Shown here in pieces: positions 63,025 to 64,000 of a stretch of DNA of 64,000 nt. The position numbers were made by a program, and so were the translations under genes. Source of the DNA: an uncultured Streptococcus sp. Lineage in GTDB: Bacteria; Bacillota; Bacilli; Lactobacillales; Streptococcaceae. The stretch is taken from the NCBI GenBank assembly GCA_963521035.1, contig CAUQTL010000001.1, positions 25,063-89,062 on the forward strand. Direction: 5' to 3'. The number at the start of each line of letters is the position of its first letter. Positions within the stretch are counted from its first letter, which is position 1. Below the pieces are notes generated by a model, which saw only the letters and a list, made by a program, of their open reading frames with translations, was not told the DNA's origin and searched no databases.

Positions 63025-64000
63025 ATGAATAAAAAACTCACAGATTATGTGATTGATCTGGTGGAAATTTTAAATAAACAACAAAAACAGGTTTTCTGGG
63101 GAATATTTGATATTTTGAGTATGGTGGTTTCCATCATTGTATCTTATATCTTATTCTACGGCTTGATTAATCCAGCCCCTGTTGACTACATTATCTATAC
63201 GAGTTTGGCCTTCCTGTTCTATCAATTGATGATTGGATTTTGGGGGTTGAACGCTAGTATTAGTCGTTACAGCAAGATTACGGATTTCATGAAAATCTTT
63301 TTTGGTGTGACTGCTAGCAGTATCTTGTCATATAGTATCTGCTATGCTTTCTTGCCACTTTTTTCAATCCGTTTCATCATTCTCTTTATCTTGTTGAGTA
63401 CCTTCTTGATTTTATTGCCACGGATTACTTGGCAGTTAATCTACTCTAAACGCAAAAAGGGAAGTGGTGATGGAGAACACCGTCGGACCTTCTTAATTGG
63501 TGCCGGTGATGGTGGAGCTCTCTTTATGGATAGCTACCAACATCCAACTAGTGAATTAGAACTTGTCGGTATTTTGGACAAGGATTCTAAGAAAAAGGGC
63601 CAAAAACTTGGTGGAATCCCTGTTTTGGGTTCATATGATGATCTGCCTGAATTAGCCAAACGCCATCAAATCGAGCGTGTTATCGTTGCGATTCCGTCGC
63701 TTGACCCGTCAGAATATGAACGTATCTTGCAGATGTGTAATAAGCTGGGTGTCAAATGTTACAAGATGCCTAAGGTTGAAACGGTTGTTCAAGGACTTCA
63801 CCAAGCAGGTACTGGCTTCCAAAAAATTGATATTACGGACCTTTTGGGACGTCAGGAAATTCGTCTTGATGAATCGCGTCTGGGCGCAGAACTGACAGGT
63901 AAGACAATCTTAGTCACAGGTGCTGGTGGCTCAATCGGTTCTGAAATCTGTCGCCAAGTTAGTCGCTTCAATCCTGAACGCATCGTCTTGCTCGGTCATG
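63025..64000 (+). CDS. CapD/PglF-like nucleoside-diphosphate sugar dehydratase (truncated by window edge; absent from ORF track)
   Basis: ATG after AAGGAGGAG; N-terminal TMs, LIGAGDGG, TDLLGR, LVTGAGGSIGSEICRQ. Confidence 0.88.
   Translation, partial: MNKKLTDYVIDLVEILNKQQKQVFWGIFDILSMVVSIIVSYILFYGLINPAPVDYIIYTSLAFLFYQLMIGFWGLNASISRYSKITDFMKIFFGVTASSILSYSICYAFLPLFSIRFIILFILLSTFLILLPRITWQLIYSKRKKGSGDGEHRRTFLIGAGDGGALFMDSYQHPTSELELVGILDKDSKKKGQKLGGIPVLGSYDDLPELAKRHQIERVIVAIPSLDPSEYERILQMCNKLGVKCYKMPKVETVVQGLHQAGTGFQKIDITDLLGRQEIRLDESRLGAELTGKTILVTGAGGSIGSEICRQVSRFNPERIVLLGH

Noticed and set aside
63677..63895. 72-aa ORF and other short ORFs nested in long genes
   Set aside because: Alternative-frame or antisense shadows of well-supported genes
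62109..64000. Capsule (cps) locus
   Set aside because: Only GT2 and a capD-like gene, no wzg/wzh/wzd/wze or dexB context; matches a separate conserved locus

Overview
Chromosomal window from a mitis-group Streptococcus (pneumococcus-like genes, BOX repeats). The backbone runs: ABC exporter, dusB-hslO, Mga-like regulator, glpKOF, dltXABCD, adcRCBA, SPFH, a contiguous N-glycan utilisation locus (GH2, GH29, GH92, GH125, GH38, ROK, GH20, ABC transporter), then trhO, a PadR operon, MFS, GT2 and a partial capD. A 14.4-kb phage satellite (PICI-like; integrase, RhuM, repressor/cro, BRO and Rha proteins, primase/helicase, ori, TerS-like and late-activator-like genes, no structural genes) sits between the divergent GH92 and GH125 promoters, bounded by an 18-bp direct repeat (28963-28980 / 43380-43397). 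The most unusual signals are non-coding and mostly in the satellite: (1) an array of nine 12-8-12 palindromic units separated by eight unique, exactly 16-bp spacers (41317-41805) after the TerS-like gene; (2) a cro-leader hairpin with an exact 17-nt antisense copy of the repressor start region, plus putative sRNAs sharing seeds with the antirepressor RBS and integrase leader, suggesting an RNA-based switch; (3) a three-hairpin array with complementary UUGGCG/CGCCAA loops; (4) a dense DnaA-box cluster inside the GH2 gene. All family calls come from motif recognition by eye; no searches were run.
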